A DNA stretch of 47,773 nt from Candidatus Uhrbacteria bacterium (GTDB taxonomy: Bacteria; Patescibacteriota; Patescibacteriia; UBA9934; GWF2-40-263): positions 1 through 47,773 of the forward strand of contig JACRJW010000075.1 in NCBI GenBank assembly GCA_016235605.1, in the 5' to 3' direction. The first letter of the stretch is position 1. Each line of letters begins with the position of its first letter. The notes under the pieces were generated by a model. The model was given only the letters and a program-made list of their open reading frames with translations. It was not told the DNA's origin and ran no database searches. This document shows positions 17,963 through 27,382 of this stretch, piece after piece. The position numbers were made by a program, and so were the translations under genes.

Positions 17963-18469
17963 TCAGCAGCCGAGTTGTTCGCGCTGGTAGGGCGAGATCC
18001 CCGTGTCGTCGCAGAGGTCTCGATCCTCACCCTCATCTTGCGCAGGAGGGACTTGTGCAGGGAAAGGAAACACGTTCGCCATGATGGACGGCACGGCCGG
18101 GACGGCTCCCACGAGACGGTCAGCCGTCTGCGTCCAGGTGATGGCGAGGAAGACACCAGTGGTCACGACGATGCCGGTGCGGCCCCATCCCCCACTCACA
18201 TGACGGAACAACCACTCGGAGGCGAAGATCGCACCGGCCGTGGCACACAACTCGGTTACGACGCGCAGGTCGGTCTTGGGACCGCCTTGCATGTACTTGA
18301 CGTACCCGCCGATCGCGACGCCCACGAAGACGAACGAAACCGCTTTCACACCCCAGTGCCAGGGCCGCCCGACGACGAAGATACCGAACCGGATCGCGCC
18401 CCAGATCGCCAGAGTGAACAGGAGCAGGTTGTAGCCAGAGGCGAAGAAGTCTGAAATGGACTGAAGCAT
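17963..18469 (-). CDS. four-TM membrane protein, unknown function (GC-richer orphan)
   Basis: ATG preceded by GAGGAGGAACC; GC3-rich; acidic and Cys-containing C-terminal tail. Confidence 0.55.
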   Translation of the reverse strand: MLQSISDFFASGYNLLLFTLAIWGAIRFGIFVVGRPWHWGVKAVSFVFVGVAIGGYVKYMQGGPKTDLRVVTELCATAGAIFASEWLFRHVSGGWGRTGIVVTTGVFLAITWTQTADRLVGAVPAVPSIMANVFPFPAQVPPAQDEGEDRDLCDDTGISPYQREQLGC

Positions 18470-18497
18470 GGTTCCTCCTCAAGATTAGGAACGCTTC

Positions 18498-18526
18498 AAG
18501 ATAGCACAAGATCACGGTTTTGACAA
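18498..18526 (-). promoter_or_regulatory. candidate promoter overlapping a 9-bp-arm palindrome
   Basis: Minus strand TTGTCA, 17-nt spacer, TATCTT; ATCACGGTT-ttgac-AACCGTGAT (18511-18533) overlaps the -35. Confidence 0.35.
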
Positions 18527-18571
18527 CCGTGATTTTGAAAATTCCCGATTCCGGACCTGACCCCACTACCA

Positions 18572-20191
18572 CTATTTCAACGCGGCGGCGATGAAGGCCT
18601 TAAACAAGGGGTGTGGACTGAGTGGACGCGACCTAAACTCTGGATGGAACTGGACGCCGATAAAAAATGGATGATTTTTTAGCTCCACGATTTCAACCAA
18701 ACCCGAACCGGGATTCACGCCGGTGATCATGAGTCCCTTCTTTTCGATCGCCGCGGCGTAGTCGTTATTGAATTCGTAACGATGGCGATGGCGCTCAGAA
18801 ATGATACTCGCTCGGTAAGCCTTGGCCGTCCGTGTTCCAGGTTTCAATTTGCAATCAAACGCGCCCAAACGCATCGTGCCACCGTAGCGGTTCTCACGGA
18901 TATTCTTGAGCTGGATGGGACTCACATGGATGATCGGATCGATGGTGGCTTCATCCACTTCCACGGTGTGGGCGGTTGTCTTTCCAAGGACGTGGCGCGC
19001 GAATTCCACGCACGCCAACTGCATCCCGTAGCACAGTCCAAAATACGGAACCTTTTTCTCACGGCAATAACGGATGGCTGCGATGATCCCTTCGATGCCA
19101 CGCGTGCCGAATCCGCCGGGCACAAGGATACCATCGTAGGATTTGAGACGGACGATCGATTTGGGGTTCGTTTCAAAATCTTCTGAATTGATCCAGTCGA
19201 GCTGGATCTTGACTTTGTGGCCCCACGCCGCGGCCTTGAGCGCCTCGATGACGGAAATGTAGGAATCCGACAGCGTGTAGTCGCCTGTGGCAAAATATTT
19301 CCCCACCACGCCGATTTTCACCGTACGTTTGGCGGCACTCTGCACCGCGGCCATCGCTTTCCACGTGCGCAGGTCTGTCGCACGTGGCTTTATCCGAAAT
19401 TTTTTCAAAATCGTCGTGGAGAGACCTTGTGATTCAAACAGGGCTGGGATGTCATAGATAGAGGGGACGTCAGGTGCTGTGATGACGGCCTCCGGCTTCA
19501 CATTACAAAACACGCTCAATTTTTCCCGACGCGGTTTATCCATGAACTGTTCCCCACGGCAGACGATAAAGTCTGGATGGATGCCGGCGCTGTTGAGCGT
19601 GCGCGTCGCGTACTGCGTGGGTTTCGTTTTCATCTCTCCCAAATGTTTTGGCACGGGAAGATAACTTACAAGGACAAACAAAACATTCTCAGGATCCTCC
19701 AAGTGCATCATGCGCGCGGCTTCCAAAAACAAAATGTTCTGATATTCCCCAACCGTCCCGCCGACTTCGACCATCGTCACATCGGCTTTGGCGATCTGCG
19801 TGGCATTTTTGATGCGACGGATCACCTCCAATGGAATATGCGGAACGACTTCTACACACTTCCCCTTGTACTCAAGATTGCGTTCCTTCTCAATCACCGT
19901 CTGATAGACACGCCCTGTGGTCATGTAGTTGATGCCTGTGAGATCCGTCTCAAGGAATCGCTCGTAATTGCCCATGTCCTGGTCGGTCTCGTCCCCATCG
20001 TCGGTCACGAATACCTCTCCGTGCTCAACGGGGTTCATGGTACCCGCATCGACGTTCACATAGGGATCAATCTTGATCGCGGTCACACTGAGCCCTCGTG
20101 ACTGCAAAATTTTTCCAATAGAGGCCGTGGTGACGCCCTTGCCCACTCCGGACATGACGCCGCCTACGACAAAAATATATCGATGTTTCAT
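18572..20191 (-). CDS. pyrG: CTP synthase
   Basis: 539 aa; N-terminal synthetase GGV.SG.GKG, C-terminal GATase with GLCYGMQ. Confidence 0.95.
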   Translation of the reverse strand: MKHRYIFVVGGVMSGVGKGVTTASIGKILQSRGLSVTAIKIDPYVNVDAGTMNPVEHGEVFVTDDGDETDQDMGNYERFLETDLTGINYMTTGRVYQTVIEKERNLEYKGKCVEVVPHIPLEVIRRIKNATQIAKADVTMVEVGGTVGEYQNILFLEAARMMHLEDPENVLFVLVSYLPVPKHLGEMKTKPTQYATRTLNSAGIHPDFIVCRGEQFMDKPRREKLSVFCNVKPEAVITAPDVPSIYDIPALFESQGLSTTILKKFRIKPRATDLRTWKAMAAVQSAAKRTVKIGVVGKYFATGDYTLSDSYISVIEALKAAAWGHKVKIQLDWINSEDFETNPKSIVRLKSYDGILVPGGFGTRGIEGIIAAIRYCREKKVPYFGLCYGMQLACVEFARHVLGKTTAHTVEVDEATIDPIIHVSPIQLKNIRENRYGGTMRLGAFDCKLKPGTRTAKAYRASIISERHRHRYEFNNDYAAAIEKKGLMITGVNPGSGLVEIVELKNHPFFIGVQFHPEFRSRPLSPHPLFKAFIAAALK

Positions 20192-20196
20192 AGTTT

Positions 20197-20216
20197 AAAA
20201 CCCCGTGTCCGGGGCC
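20197..20216 (-). terminator. intrinsic terminator after rplI
   Basis: Minus strand CCCCG-gaca-CGGGG then TTTTAAA; it ends only 5 nt before the pyrG ATG. Confidence 0.55.
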
Positions 20217-20217
20217 T

Positions 20218-20661
20218 TTATTTTGCTTCGACAATAATCTTCATTTCCGCTTCAAAGCCGTGGGGCAAGTTCACCGTTGCCGTGTACTCCCCTGGTTCTT
20301 TGATGGGACTCTTCAACTCAATCCAATCTGGATCGACAGCGAAGCCGTCTTTCTTGAGCGCTGACGCGATCATCTTGCCCGTCACAGCCCCAAACAGCAC
20401 TCCACCCTCACTGACCTTCTCCTGGAGCAACACCTCATGTCCTTCCAGCTTGTGCGAAAGATCTCCAGCCATGGAGAGAGCCTTATTCGATTTCCCTGCC
20501 GCGATTTTTTCCCGCTCTGTTCGCTTCTTGAGCGCCTCCGCCGTAGCTGGCACGGCGAGGCTTTGCGGGAACAAAAAGTTGCGCGCGTGCCCGTCTGACA
20601 CCTCGACCACCTCCCCTTCTTTTCCAAGCGGTTTAACGCTTGAGAGCAAGATCACCTTCAT
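20218..20661 (-). CDS. rplI: 50S ribosomal protein L9
   Basis: [33 protein letters not shown]... ; trimmed from ORF-track 20218..20739. Confidence 0.85.
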   Translation of the reverse strand: MKVILLSSVKPLGKEGEVVEVSDGHARNFLFPQSLAVPATAEALKKRTEREKIAAGKSNKALSMAGDLSHKLEGHEVLLQEKVSEGGVLFGAVTGKMIASALKKDGFAVDPDWIELKSPIKEPGEYTATVNLPHGFEAEMKIIVEAK

Positions 20662-20786
20662 ACTGCGCGGATTATACCACGGCACGTCATTCACGAATGA
20701 CGTGCCACGCAGGCTTATCCACTGAACGCATGGTGTCAAGAGCGTGGGACAGCTATACTGAACGTGTTATTGTTTTACGAAAAAAT

Positions 20787-21782
20787 ATGAGCCCACATGG
20801 AGAACACCCTCTTGAGCAAAGGCAGGTCACCAAACCGGCAAAAACCATCCTTGGCCGACCGGATGATGTTGTAGATACAAAAGGCGTCATCTGGACTCTT
20901 CCAAAAAAAGAAAGCGTCACTCGACGCGAGCAGGCTGTCAGTCAACATGTCCAGGACGTGGTCGAGGCACGCATCAAAACTGGTGCTGACATGGATGAGT
21001 ACAAAAAGCACCTGATCATGGAATTGGAAGAACTGTCCCAATGGCGACACGAGCTTGTAGGAAACAAGCAAGGAACGTCCGCAAATGAAAACCGTCTGAA
21101 TGCAAAAAATGTCGAAGAGCAACTCAAAGTGATCGCGTTGTTTGATGCGCGTGAAAAAGTATCGGCACAACTTGGAAGCGGTGCGGATATTCCTTACTTG
21201 CTTGCACGCGGCAAACAAATCTCTCAAGAGCTTGAAAACAAATTGGAAGAAGCGGACGACCGACAGGCGGAAGCGATCTCTGCAAAGGAACTCATTCCCC
21301 ACCAAGCGTACATGCAGGTGTTGAAAGATCTTCAGAAGAACCCAGAGTCACTGAGCGGATTACGTGAGTCTCAGCGCGCGCTCTTAGATGCTCGACTCAA
21401 AGCCACAGGCGGACTTGGAGGATCCCATGAGGTCTTGGCACCCAAAGAAATCCTGCTGAAAAAATCGGGGGCGATCGGTGGCAGCCACGAGATCATCACA
21501 AAGATGGGAGAGCCGACAGAAGAAAGTTTAGAAGCAAGACGGCAGAGGCTGCTTGAAAAAAAATGGATGATTCTCCGACAAGAACTTCAGGACACAGAAA
21601 AGGAACTTGCCGGGCTTGGCTTTCTCCAAAGGATGTTTGGTGAAAAAGGCCGCATGCTTAAGACGCGGCTTGCTCGCGTGAGAGCTGATCAGGAACGCGT
21701 GTACAAACAGATCCTCCCTGCGAGACAAAAAAAACTCGGAACAGAATTTGAAGCCATGGCACGAGCGACACGAAAAGAATAA
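20787..21782 (+). CDS. hypothetical coiled-coil protein
   Basis: Trimmed to ATG 20787 (MSPHGEH); charged heptad-like sequence throughout; internal duplication GGLGGSHEVLAPKEILLKK / GAIGGSHEIITKM. Confidence 0.5.
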   Translation: MSPHGEHPLEQRQVTKPAKTILGRPDDVVDTKGVIWTLPKKESVTRREQAVSQHVQDVVEARIKTGADMDEYKKHLIMELEELSQWRHELVGNKQGTSANENRLNAKNVEEQLKVIALFDAREKVSAQLGSGADIPYLLARGKQISQELENKLEEADDRQAEAISAKELIPHQAYMQVLKDLQKNPESLSGLRESQRALLDARLKATGGLGGSHEVLAPKEILLKKSGAIGGSHEIITKMGEPTEESLEARRQRLLEKKWMILRQELQDTEKELAGLGFLQRMFGEKGRMLKTRLARVRADQERVYKQILPARQKKLGTEFEAMARATRKE

Positions 21783-21795
21783 TCGAAAAGCGGGT

Positions 21796-22275
21796 CTAGC
21801 TCGCTTTTTTGCTTGTCAGTGTTTTGAGATCCGCGAGGACCTCATCGGCATGCATCTCAGGTTTGACACTCTCGTACACCTTGGCGATCTTACCGTCAGG
21901 ATCAATGAGAAACGACATTCGATTCACTCCCATGTACTCACGGCCCATAAACTTCTTCTTTCCCCAGACGCCATAGGCTTTCACGAGTGACTTGTCCTCG
22001 TCAGCGAGCAGTGTAAACGGCAGATCGTATTTTTTTACAAACTTCCCGTGACTCTTCACCGAGTCCACACTCACACCAAAGACGTTCAGCTTGAGCTTCT
22101 TAAATTTCGGCCATGCATCACGAATCGTGCACGCTTCCTTGGTGCAGCCTGGCGTGTCGTCCTTGGGATAAAAATACAGTAGAACCCAGTTGCCTTTTTG
22201 ATTCTCAAGTGAATGGACCATGCCGTCTTGATCTGGCAGAGAGAACGCCGGTGCCTTTATGCCTGGTTTCATCAT
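21796..22275 (-). CDS. bcp: thiol peroxidase / peroxiredoxin Bcp
   Basis: KAPAFSLPDQDG......GNWVLLYFYPKDDTPGCTKEAC motif. Confidence 0.85.
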   Translation of the reverse strand: MMKPGIKAPAFSLPDQDGMVHSLENQKGNWVLLYFYPKDDTPGCTKEACTIRDAWPKFKKLKLNVFGVSVDSVKSHGKFVKKYDLPFTLLADEDKSLVKAYGVWGKKKFMGREYMGVNRMSFLIDPDGKIAKVYESVKPEMHADEVLADLKTLTSKKAS

Positions 22276-22373
22276 ACGAGAATAGTGTAACACAAAAGCC
22301 GGGAACGAGTCCCAACTTTTGAAGATCCTTCGGCCTTGGATGTGGCCTCAGGATAATGCAACCATGTGTTGCA

Positions 22374-22586
22374 TTACTTACACTTCGTACACTTCTTCTC
22401 GAGCAACACCAGCAGGGCGGAAATACCGACCAGGATGTACACGAGCTTCACCAGCCATGGCCAGCCGCCGAGCAATGAGTCGACGAGGTTCCAGTCGAGA
22501 AGGCCTATAAGGCCCCAGTTGATGCCTCCTACCCAAAGGAGCCACCAGGCGACACAGTGGATGCCGCATCTACCTTGGTTCATCAT
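22374..22586 (-). CDS. DUF378-family small membrane protein
   Basis: 70 aa; VGGINWGLIGLLDWNLV motif; two TMs. Confidence 0.7.
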   Translation of the reverse strand: MMNQGRCGIHCVAWWLLWVGGINWGLIGLLDWNLVDSLLGGWPWLVKLVYILVGISALLVLLEKKCTKCK

Positions 22587-22751
22587 ACGTTACCTCAGCT
22601 TCCAAAAGGGAAAGCTGTAAAGAAAAAATAAATTATGCACCTATCCTAACATTTTGCTGGTCAAAGAAGAAAAATGGTTATCCACAAGGAATGGAAGTTA
22701 AAAGTTGGAGGTTGGGAGTTGGAATACAATATCTGTTATCATAACGGTACT

Positions 22752-24032
22752 ATGAAATTCTCCTACAGCGCCGCGGCGCTTGTTTCTCAGGTAGACCTCC
22801 AGGATCGAGTCCATGCCTTGAGGGATGACACAAAGCGTCTCCTGACAATCTCACAGCAGACCGACTACACACAACCTGAGAGTTCCCTTCGTCTCCCGTT
22901 TGACACCGAGATCCTCCACGCTGTCCGTGACGTCGCACAGTCCATCAAAACCATCACGCTTCAATACGTGGTCGTGATCGGCATCGGCGGATCGAACCTC
23001 GGAACGCAAGCCGTGTATGACGTCGTGGCGGGTTCCATGAACTTGCTCGGAGATCGCCTCCCCAAACTCCTGTTCCTGGACACCGTGAGCGACGAAAAGA
23101 TGACGGCCGTCACACGCACCCTGGAACGCCTGCCAAAAAAAGAGGACTTTGCCGTCATTGTGATCAGCAAGTCCGGCACCACGGTGGAAACCATCGTGAA
23201 CACCGAAATCCTGTGGGCGTTTTTGGCTGAACACTTTGGCGATCCACGCGGGCGATTTGTAGCGATCACCGACGAAGGTTCGAAGCTGTGGAACCAGGCA
23301 GGCGAGAAAAAAATACTACGGCTTTCGATTCCCGCTCAAGTGGGAGGACGCTTCAGTGTCTTCACCGCCGTAGGACTCCTGCCGCTTTTGCTCGCCGGTA
23401 TTGATATGGAAGAACTCCTCAAGGGCGCACGACGGGCGGTTGATGACAACACACAAGAGACGTCCAACAGGAACACCGCAATCGTGAGCGCGATCATCAC
23501 CGACCACCATCGTCGCGCTCTGCGCACGATCCACAATAGTTTCCTCTTCTCTCCCAAGCTCGAGACACTGGGCAAGTGGTATCGCCAGCTTGTGGGAGAA
23601 AGTCTTGGCAAGGACGGCCGCGGGATCACGCCGATTGTCTCGATCGGTTCCACGGACTTACATTCGCAAGCGCAACTCTATTTTGCCGGCCCCGACGACA
23701 AGATGACGCACCTCATGTACTCCATGAGCGGCGACGTGAACCAAGTCCCTCAGCACCTTGCCCTTCCTGGACTCATCCAGGACATCCAAAACAAATCCCT
23801 CGAACAAGTGATGAAGGCCATCGTCCATGGTGTGAAGACGGCGTATGAAGGACTCAAGCGCCCGTATATTGAAATCGACCTCCAAGGCGTTGGCGTGTAT
23901 GAGCTGGGCTATTACTTGCAGTGGCGGATGATCGAGGTGATGTACTTAGGCATTTTGATGGAGGTCAACGCGTTTGACCAGCCACAGGTCGAACTCTACA
24001 AAAACCACGCGCGAAAATTTCTTAAAGGTTGA
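22752..24032 (+). CDS. pgi: glucose-6-phosphate isomerase
   Basis: Trimmed to ATG 22752 (MKFSYS); IGIGGSNLG, ISKSGTTVET and GGRFSV motifs. Confidence 0.85.
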   Translation: MKFSYSAAALVSQVDLQDRVHALRDDTKRLLTISQQTDYTQPESSLRLPFDTEILHAVRDVAQSIKTITLQYVVVIGIGGSNLGTQAVYDVVAGSMNLLGDRLPKLLFLDTVSDEKMTAVTRTLERLPKKEDFAVIVISKSGTTVETIVNTEILWAFLAEHFGDPRGRFVAITDEGSKLWNQAGEKKILRLSIPAQVGGRFSVFTAVGLLPLLLAGIDMEELLKGARRAVDDNTQETSNRNTAIVSAIITDHHRRALRTIHNSFLFSPKLETLGKWYRQLVGESLGKDGRGITPIVSIGSTDLHSQAQLYFAGPDDKMTHLMYSMSGDVNQVPQHLALPGLIQDIQNKSLEQVMKAIVHGVKTAYEGLKRPYIEIDLQGVGVYELGYYLQWRMIEVMYLGILMEVNAFDQPQVELYKNHARKFLKG

Positions 24033-24558
24033 AAGTGAGCGTCGATAAAATTCCATCAAACAGCTCTGCTTCTTGTTCAAAAGTGATGACGATCAACCGG
24101 TCGTCATTTTGCGTGACCAGAAGGCGCGCTGGAGAGCCGCTGGTCCCAGCGCCGTACAGAGCGATCGTTTGTTTTCCATCGATTCTTTCGATCCTCTGTG
24201 CCGCTTCGCCTTTTGGATAGAAAAAAGCCACATGATCGGTCAGCCACTCATGTAAAGATTCGTCCCCTTCCACACCGCGGATCGTCAAGACATTGGTCCC
24301 CTCCCCGGCCACAAACACAATCTCGTCGTCCGCTCCTGCCAGCCGTGCGGTCTGATCTTCGAGGTTCAAAGCATAGACGAGCGTTCCGTCGGGAACCGTA
24401 AACTGGTACCCAAACCGTGCGTTCTGGTAGGTTGTGCCCTGTGGCTGAGCTGGTTGTGTTGTATCCTCAGCCGTTTGTGTGATTGCCGTCGTTTGGCCAC
24501 AACCTACGGATAGGACCAACAAGACGAATAGGACCAATGGAAAAAACCGTGCGGCCAT
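24022..24558 (-). CDS. hypothetical lipoprotein
   Basis: Lipobox LSVGC after an N-terminal hydrophobic segment; no family recognised. Confidence 0.5.
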   Translation of the reverse strand: MAARFFPLVLFVLLVLSVGCGQTTAITQTAEDTTQPAQPQGTTYQNARFGYQFTVPDGTLVYALNLEDQTARLAGADDEIVFVAGEGTNVLTIRGVEGDESLHEWLTDHVAFFYPKGEAAQRIERIDGKQTIALYGAGTSGSPARLLVTQNDDRLIVITFEQEAELFDGILSTLTFNL

Positions 24559-24591
24559 AGTTGCCTCCAGTATACCGAGGCGCGGTTGCCA

Positions 24592-24620
24592 TTGACAGGC
24601 CGCAGGTTTTGTGAGATACT
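24592..24620 (+). promoter_or_regulatory. sigma70-like promoter of the RRM protein gene
   Basis: TTGACA, 17-nt spacer, GATACT; about 85-nt leader containing GGAAC-TTCG-GTTCC (24675-24688). Confidence 0.5.
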
Positions 24621-24706
24621 TTCCTTGCTTCCTCTTGTTCCCTTTGTGGCCAGAGAAGCTTCTAACTCTTTGATGGAACTTCGGTTCCCCTTGTCACTTC
24701 TCTGCT

Positions 24707-24961
24707 ATGAAGAACAAGTTATTTGTCGGCTCCCTCCCATGGGCAACCGATGACGCCGCCCTGATGGAGATCTTCGCCAAGTTTGGTGAAGTCGTCTCAG
24801 CGCGCGTTGTCACTGACCGGGAGAGCGGCCGCAGCCGCGGGTTCGGCTTCGTCGAGTTTGCTGACGACGCTTCCGCTGCCGCCGCCATCGAAGGCGCTGA
24901 CGGTATGATGGTCGAAGGCCGCGCGATCAGCGTGTCCCTCGCCCGTCCCAAAGCGGAATAA
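24707..24961 (+). CDS. RRM-type RNA-binding protein
   Basis: RNP2 KLFVGSL and RNP1 RGFGFVEF motifs. Confidence 0.85.
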   Translation: MKNKLFVGSLPWATDDAALMEIFAKFGEVVSARVVTDRESGRSRGFGFVEFADDASAAAAIEGADGMMVEGRAISVSLARPKAE

Positions 24962-25092
24962 TGTCTGAAACCGGCGATCTGCTCGGGCTTCGGCTCACAA
25001 CAGCCTCACCGTACATCCGTGTACGGCTCGGCCGTTGATCGCCTCCAGCCCGTCGCATCTCATCCGGTTTCCAGCCATTCTTCTCCAGAAGT

Positions 25093-25122
25093 CACTCGGA
25101 TTCGTCCGGGTGGTTTTTGTTT
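25093..25122 (+). terminator. intrinsic terminator
   Basis: CACTCGGA-ttcg-TCCGGGTG followed by GTTTTTGTTT. Confidence 0.6.
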
Positions 25123-25124
25123 AT

Positions 25125-25167
25125 GGGAGCTAAGCTCCCGCGCCACGGAAGCTAGACTCCCGTAGAT
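25125..25167. repeat. 43-bp direct repeat, left copy
   Basis: GGGAGCTAAGCTCCCGCGCCACGGAAGCTAGACTCCCGTAGAT, identical to 26150-26192. Confidence 0.85.
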
Positions 25168-25204
25168 CAATTAAAAACCTGCCATGAAGAACCGAGGACG
25201 TGCA

Positions 25205-25233
25205 TTGACAATCGTCTTAGGTTTCCATAGGAT
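25205..25233 (+). promoter_or_regulatory. sigma70-like promoter of the PNP gene
   Basis: TTGACA, 17-nt spacer, TAGGAT. Confidence 0.5.
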
Positions 25234-25254
25234 TGCGACGCAACTGGAGTTTGC

Positions 25255-26112
25255 ATGCCTCAGAACCGCGATCGTGAACTCGAAGCCTCTCTCGCGTGTG
25301 CGACCATACGCCGCATCCTCGTAGACCATCGATACAGTGTCGGGATGGACACGCATCCCGTCGGTCTGGTACTTGGAACTGGTTGGGGTGACAGTCTCAC
25401 GCTCTACAAGGAAATCGAAATCTCGTTCCAGGATATCCCTGGATTCGAGTCACTAGGAACGGTCGAAGGTCACCATCGTGTCCTTGCCATCGGCTACCTC
25501 GACGAGGCTTGTCAGACCCTCCCCATAGTCGTGCTGCGTGGTCGTGTCCACATGAACGAGAGCCCGGACGATCCAGCCATCCCTCGAATGGTGCGGTTGC
25601 AAATCGCCATGCTCTGCGAGCTGGGTGTCAAACGATTCGTTCTCACCTGCGCTGCGGGAAGCCTCATCGAACGATACCAGGTCGGGGAACTCGTCTTCAT
25701 GCAAAGCTTCGTCGCCTTCGGCAACGAGGTGATGCCGCTGTGGGGTGGCGAGTTCGTCTCACCGGAAGATGTCCTCATGCGGCAGTGGGCGCCACTTGCA
25801 CAGACCGCTGCCAAAGAAGCTGGGCTCACTCTGCATGAGGACGGTGACCACGCCTACGTCCGCGGACCGCACTTCGAGGGTCGTCGCCACGACAAAGGGA
25901 ACCTCGCTCGACTTGGCGCCAAGACCGTAGGCATGAGCGTGAAACCGGAATGCTGCATTGCTGCCCTCTACAGCGCCCAGGTGATGGGGATCGCCTTCAT
26001 CACCAACGATGCCGTTGCGGAGCACTCACACGAAGAAAACGTTGCACGAGCTCATGCCGCCAGTCCCAAGCTCGGCGCGTTCCTCAGAAACGTCGTCTCC
26101 CTTCTCCCCTAG
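25255..26112 (+). CDS. purine nucleoside phosphorylase (PNP/MTAP, PunA-like family)
   Basis: LVLGTGWG, EGHHRVL..G......RGRVHMNE, TCAAGSL and VGMSVKPECCIA motifs. Confidence 0.8.
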   Translation: MPQNRDRELEASLACATIRRILVDHRYSVGMDTHPVGLVLGTGWGDSLTLYKEIEISFQDIPGFESLGTVEGHHRVLAIGYLDEACQTLPIVVLRGRVHMNESPDDPAIPRMVRLQIAMLCELGVKRFVLTCAAGSLIERYQVGELVFMQSFVAFGNEVMPLWGGEFVSPEDVLMRQWAPLAQTAAKEAGLTLHEDGDHAYVRGPHFEGRRHDKGNLARLGAKTVGMSVKPECCIAALYSAQVMGIAFITNDAVAEHSHEENVARAHAASPKLGAFLRNVVSLLP

Positions 26113-26136
26113 AGGTCTCACGGCCTCTTTTTATTT
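26111..26136 (+). terminator. short hairpin plus T-run after the PNP gene
   Basis: AGAGG-tctcacgg-CCTCT followed by TTTTATTT. Confidence 0.45.
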
Positions 26137-26149
26137 CCCTCGATATGAC

Positions 26150-26192
26150 GGGAGCTAAGCTCCCGCGCCACGGAAGCTAGACTCCCGTAGAT
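26150..26192. repeat. 43-bp direct repeat, right copy
   Basis: Identical 43-mer 1025 bp downstream of the left copy. Confidence 0.85.
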
Positions 26193-26195
26193 TAA

Positions 26196-26224
26196 TCAAA
26201 AACCCCACCGCTGATGGGTGGGGC
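26196..26224 (-). terminator. intrinsic terminator of the 26249..27382 gene
   Basis: Minus strand CCCCACC-catcagc-GGTGGGG followed by TTTTTGATT. Confidence 0.6.
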
Positions 26225-26248
26225 TTCCTGGAAGACTCGTACACCTCC

Positions 26249-27382
26249 TCACGAACAATCCTCTGCACAGACTCCCCTCTTGCGCTCCAAGGCTTCACAC
26301 ACGCCGTTTCCACAACCACCGCCGCCCACCGTGCCCCCTGGCTGCGAGGAATCTGAAGCCTCCGCCGCATCGCCATCGAATTTAAAGATATTCGGATCCT
26401 CGTTGTAGGTCGTGTGCCAAATGTCTAACACCTCATCGAATGTGACCCAAACAAGCGTGCCCAGGGCGGTCTCGTCGTCGTAGGTTTCAAGGCGCGCCTC
26501 AAACTCATCCTTGAACGCTTCGTTAAAATCACGTTGATGCGCGTTAATGGCGATGGTGTACATCTTTCCGGCTTCAAGATCACCCGCCTTCTCGTGAGCA
26601 AGCAGGTCGTCCAGTCCATCCCAGTTCGATTCGTAGTAGCCGATTGATGGAATCGGTGCGCCATCATCATTGACGAGATAGTGTTCGTTGTCTTGTGGAC
26701 GCCACACGCCAGAGGTCCACAGCGACTCTTCGTCTTGGTGAAGACTTGTTCCGCCACCGAAAATCGCCTCCGCGGTCCACGTGTAATCAAATTTGTTTGC
26801 TTCCATTGGCTCCCAGAAATCTTCCAGCAGAGAATCCTCGCTCGGCGAGGCGATCATCCCTCCGACAATGCCAGAGGGCGTCACTCCAAGCTGTATCATG
26901 AGGTAACCGACATCTGCCATGTTGTATCCCATGCTCTGATGTGAGTGGATGTCTACCTGTGCGTCTAAATCTTCTGACAGATAGCGCAGCACGTTTTTTC
27001 CATGACTCGAATCTGTCCCTTGGTCAAAGGCTTGGATCGCGAGCAGAAAATTCCAATCAGACTGAAAGTCATATCCCACATGGTGGTCTTTCAACATCTG
27101 CGCGAATTCAATCACGGCTTTGCGATCTGTCCAAAATTCGTCTTCATCTTTTGTGTAATCAGGATCTTTTGTCCCCAAACCATCCTCATTGTGGGTAAAC
27201 ACCGTCACATAAATGACCGGACTTGCCGGTTTCTCTGTCGGGATCTCTACGTCACGCCCGACTGATCCTTCCTGAACATTCCTTGCGTCATCTTGCCCAC
27301 GAGAGACGACGAACATCACGCCTCCCAGAATAAAAACTCCCGCAAGCACAGAGAGCCAAATCATCAAATTTCTTTTCATCAT
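26249..27382 (-). CDS. secreted or membrane-anchored hypothetical protein with Cys-rich C-terminal tail
   Basis: Trimmed to ATG 27382 (MMKRNLMIWLSVLAGVF), abutting the SOD stop; ends GGGGCGNGVCEALERKRGVCAEDCS. Confidence 0.55.
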   Translation of the reverse strand: MMKRNLMIWLSVLAGVFILGGVMFVVSRGQDDARNVQEGSVGRDVEIPTEKPASPVIYVTVFTHNEDGLGTKDPDYTKDEDEFWTDRKAVIEFAQMLKDHHVGYDFQSDWNFLLAIQAFDQGTDSSHGKNVLRYLSEDLDAQVDIHSHQSMGYNMADVGYLMIQLGVTPSGIVGGMIASPSEDSLLEDFWEPMEANKFDYTWTAEAIFGGGTSLHQDEESLWTSGVWRPQDNEHYLVNDDGAPIPSIGYYESNWDGLDDLLAHEKAGDLEAGKMYTIAINAHQRDFNEAFKDEFEARLETYDDETALGTLVWVTFDEVLDIWHTTYNEDPNIFKFDGDAAEASDSSQPGGTVGGGGCGNGVCEALERKRGVCAEDCS

